Origin: Candidatus Hermodarchaeota archaeon
GTDB taxonomy: Archaea; Asgardarchaeota; Lokiarchaeia; Sigyniarchaeales; SOKP01
Reading direction: 5' to 3'
Assembly (NCBI GenBank): GCA_048885535.1
Contig: JBHLLO010000014.1
Coordinates: 1-53,103 of the forward strand
Length of the DNA: 53,103 nucleotides
A program made the translations under genes and the position numbers. Position 1 is the first letter of the stretch, and each line of letters opens with the position of its first letter. This document shows, in pieces, positions 50,607 to 53,103 of this stretch. The notes beneath the pieces were generated by a model. That model saw only the letters and a program-made list of their open reading frames with translations, ran no database searches and was not told the origin of the DNA.

Positions 50607-51578
50607 TTATTCTTCACTGGGAATATATTGTATAAATAAACAATATTCATCACCTTTCATAAGAGTTTTCGGTTGTTTGAATCGTACGCTTGGATTCCAT
50701 GCGGGATGATTCCACCATGCAGAATCTGTTCGACAATGAATTTGATAGCCTATCTCAGGAAAACCAAAATCTTTCCAAATCTCTGCATATCGACAACGCG
50801 TCACTTTCATTTCAAAACGATTTTTTGTAGCATTTAAGGTTTCTGTATCTTGTAAACCAAACGCTTCATTAAGTTCCCAATCTTGTTCATTTACTAATTC
50901 TTCCCATTTAGCCACATCTCTCAGATCTTGAGGATTTAAATTAAACCTTTCAAATAATGCAAGATCTTCTTTTCTTCTTTCGTCCCTAGTTTCTTCTGCC
51001 ATTTTAAGAACTTCATTGAAATATACTTCCCACATTCCATCTCCATATTTACTGTAGAGCTTTGGTAATACACGGGCTAAACCTTCAATTTTTCCTTTTA
51101 AATGGATTTCATTTTGAGAAATTTTTGTTTTCCTTTCATAAGTCATAATATAATCGCATACAAAATCCCATTTGCCGTTAAATTCTTCTACAATAATGCT
51201 TAAACATCCTAGCTCCAAATGCAATTCATTATCATCCCATCGATCACCTACACCTGCAAGAAAATTATATTTTCTCTTTATTTCCTTTATTATCTCAAGA
51301 CGTTTTGTTTGAGTTTCTGCTAAATACACATCACCCTTAGGAAATCCTTCTTGCTCTAACCATTCTTTCGTAAAATCAATGGTGAATTTTGGTCTTGCTC
51401 CAATGTACACAATCTCATATTTATTTGATAATGTTGTTAAACAAACTACACTGTTAGGCACTGGTTTATCTTTGAGGATTGATTCTCGCTTATTAAATTC
51501 TGGTGATTCTACTCCATAATGATGTCTCTGTCTTGTATCACAAATAGTACCATCAATAAATACTAATAATGATTTCAT
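50607..51578 (-). CDS. HAD-like domain fused to L-2-amino-thiazoline-4-carboxylate hydrolase-like domain
   Basis: FIDGTICD, GAR, WL..GFP, GVGDRWDD; C-terminal VTRCRYAEIW..IHCRTD..TLMKGDEYC. Confidence 0.8.
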   Translation of the reverse strand: MKSLLVFIDGTICDTRQRHHYGVESPEFNKRESILKDKPVPNSVVCLTTLSNKYEIVYIGARPKFTIDFTKEWLEQEGFPKGDVYLAETQTKRLEIIKEIKRKYNFLAGVGDRWDDNELHLELGCLSIIVEEFNGKWDFVCDYIMTYERKTKISQNEIHLKGKIEGLARVLPKLYSKYGDGMWEVYFNEVLKMAEETRDERRKEDLALFERFNLNPQDLRDVAKWEELVNEQDWELNEAFGLQDTETLNATKNRFEMKVTRCRYAEIWKDFGFPEIGYQIHCRTDSAWWNHPAWNPSVRFKQPKTLMKGDEYCLFIQYIPSEE

Positions 51579-51702
51579 TAGATCTATTTCTATTAACTTT
51601 TTTATCAACTTTTCTTTTTATTAACGTTTGATGAAAAGTAAGAAAATGAAACAAAATTAGTTAGTAAAATTTAATAATTTTAATAAAATTGATAATCTAA
51701 GC

Positions 51703-53103
51703 ATGTCATATAAAGAAAAAATCATCAATAAATTAAGAAAAGGCTATTCTCCTATAGAAGTTAGCCCTAAAGATGAACTTACCTCAACTTTTAAAAATAT
51801 TTTTAAGCCTATCATAAATAGAAAAGACTTAGAGTTTTTTCTAGACCTTTTTGATACAAATGAGGTAATACTCAGGGCTTGGAGTTTCTTAGGGATATAT
51901 TATATTTTAGAAGAAACTAAAATTAAGCAAGAGGATAAACAGTTAAAAATTCAAAATATCATTTTAGAGTTGCTAAATGATAAAAGGGAGGTTTATTATT
52001 ACGGAGGCTCAAGCGAAATACGAACCTCACTAAGAGAACATCATGTAAGGAGAATTTGTGAATTAGATAATTCCTTAATATTTAAGCCAGTTTTTGAATA
52101 TTGTAAATCTTTTGAAGGTGATATAGATAATGTTATAGGAGAGTTATTGGAAAATGTAGTAGCAAAATCAGCTGATCCGTCAATAGAAGCACTAATTCTA
52201 AGATACGCTAAAAAGATTGACAAAGGAGACTACAACTTAAAAACACATATTGTAAAAGCATTTGAAAATTTGTATCAATTTATTGAATTGAAGGAAAGAA
52301 ACTCCATCACTGAATTATTTAAAAGGTACTTAAGCGAAATTGAAGAAGATAAGGTGAGTGATCAAGAAACATTGAATAATAAATTGCTGTTTCAAAAGAA
52401 CATTTATAGAGTAGCAGCTACATTAAACCTTCCTTTGGAAGAAGAAACATTAAATTTTATAAGCAGCCTAAAATATCCTTTTGACTCTTTAGGTCAAATC
52501 GCTAAAACATATAAAAACAATGACAAATTTAAAAACATTCTTTTAAAAAAGTTAGATGAAAGTACTAATCCTCGGTTAATAACTGATATACTAATGGCAA
52601 TTTTGGTGTTAAAAGAAAACGTTGAAAACTGGAAGGAATTAATTGTTGATAATATGCAAAAGTATCAGATTATTGATGGATCGCTTATTGTAGAGATGCA
52701 AGAATCTAATCTCTTAAATGAAAACATGATATTGAGTTTTTTTAACTCCGGGGATAATTGGAGTCTAAATTTTATAAGAGAATTTCTTGTGAATAATCCT
52801 GAAATTCTTGATAATTGGAAATTGTTAAAAAATGAATTTATAAGAATACTAAACTTATTCGAACCTACCGAAAATAATTTAGAAAAAAAAAAGGAATTAG
52901 TCTTAAAGCTTATAATAGACTTAAAAGAAGAAGATTTGGTTAAATATTGTTTAGAAAATTTTAAATTTTTTGAAGAGGAGAATTTAAAAAAATTATCGCT
53001 CTTTCCAATCCTTAAATTTGGTGAGGAAAGTTTATTACTCAAACTAAAAGAACTAATGATAAGTAATGAGGACGTAGCAAAATTTGTAAAGAATTTTTGG
53101 AAT
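51703..53103 (+). CDS. Large alpha-helical (HEAT/ARM-like) hypothetical protein, truncated by window end
   Basis: ATG at 51703; the frame stays open for 467 codons to the window edge (MSYKEKIINKLRKG..VKNFWN); Leu/Ile/Glu/Lys-rich helical pattern. Confidence 0.75.
   Translation, partial: MSYKEKIINKLRKGYSPIEVSPKDELTSTFKNIFKPIINRKDLEFFLDLFDTNEVILRAWSFLGIYYILEETKIKQEDKQLKIQNIILELLNDKREVYYYGGSSEIRTSLREHHVRRICELDNSLIFKPVFEYCKSFEGDIDNVIGELLENVVAKSADPSIEALILRYAKKIDKGDYNLKTHIVKAFENLYQFIELKERNSITELFKRYLSEIEEDKVSDQETLNNKLLFQKNIYRVAATLNLPLEEETLNFISSLKYPFDSLGQIAKTYKNNDKFKNILLKKLDESTNPRLITDILMAILVLKENVENWKELIVDNMQKYQIIDGSLIVEMQESNLLNENMILSFFNSGDNWSLNFIREFLVNNPEILDNWKLLKNEFIRILNLFEPTENNLEKKKELVLKLIIDLKEEDLVKYCLENFKFFEEENLKKLSLFPILKFGEESLLLKLKELMISNEDVAKFVKNFWN

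Overview
AT-rich, gene-dense archaeal chromosome segment, almost certainly from an Asgard archaeon (Lokiarchaeia-like). The evidence is archaeal ribosomal, RNAP and KEOPS genes, archaeal/eukaryote-type ProRS and Fae-Hps, plus eukaryotic-signature proteins (Rab-like GTPase, two Roadblock/LC7 proteins, a gelsolin-like protein). I saw no rRNA, tRNA, CRISPR array or mobile element. Main observations: (1) a HhH + Bro1-like + ESCRT-I steadiness-box-like fusion (22062-23588), followed by a membrane-anchored DDRGK/PCI-like winged-helix protein; (2) a two-gene surface-signalling module made of an anchored ectodomain with a juxtamembrane HFS autoproteolysis-type motif and a membrane-tethered double-wHTH regulator with a paralogous ectodomain, behind a palindromic promoter element that recurs upstream of a 2033-aa, 18-repeat surface protein; (3) a TrmB-like protein split by a ~520-aa helical rod with a central basic/aromatic tip; (4) rpoN, rpoE1 and an unannotated ORF apparently starting at ATA, ATT and ATC; (5) a PlsY-lipid kinase fusion. 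All domain calls are by-eye motif recognition and were not confirmed by database searches.
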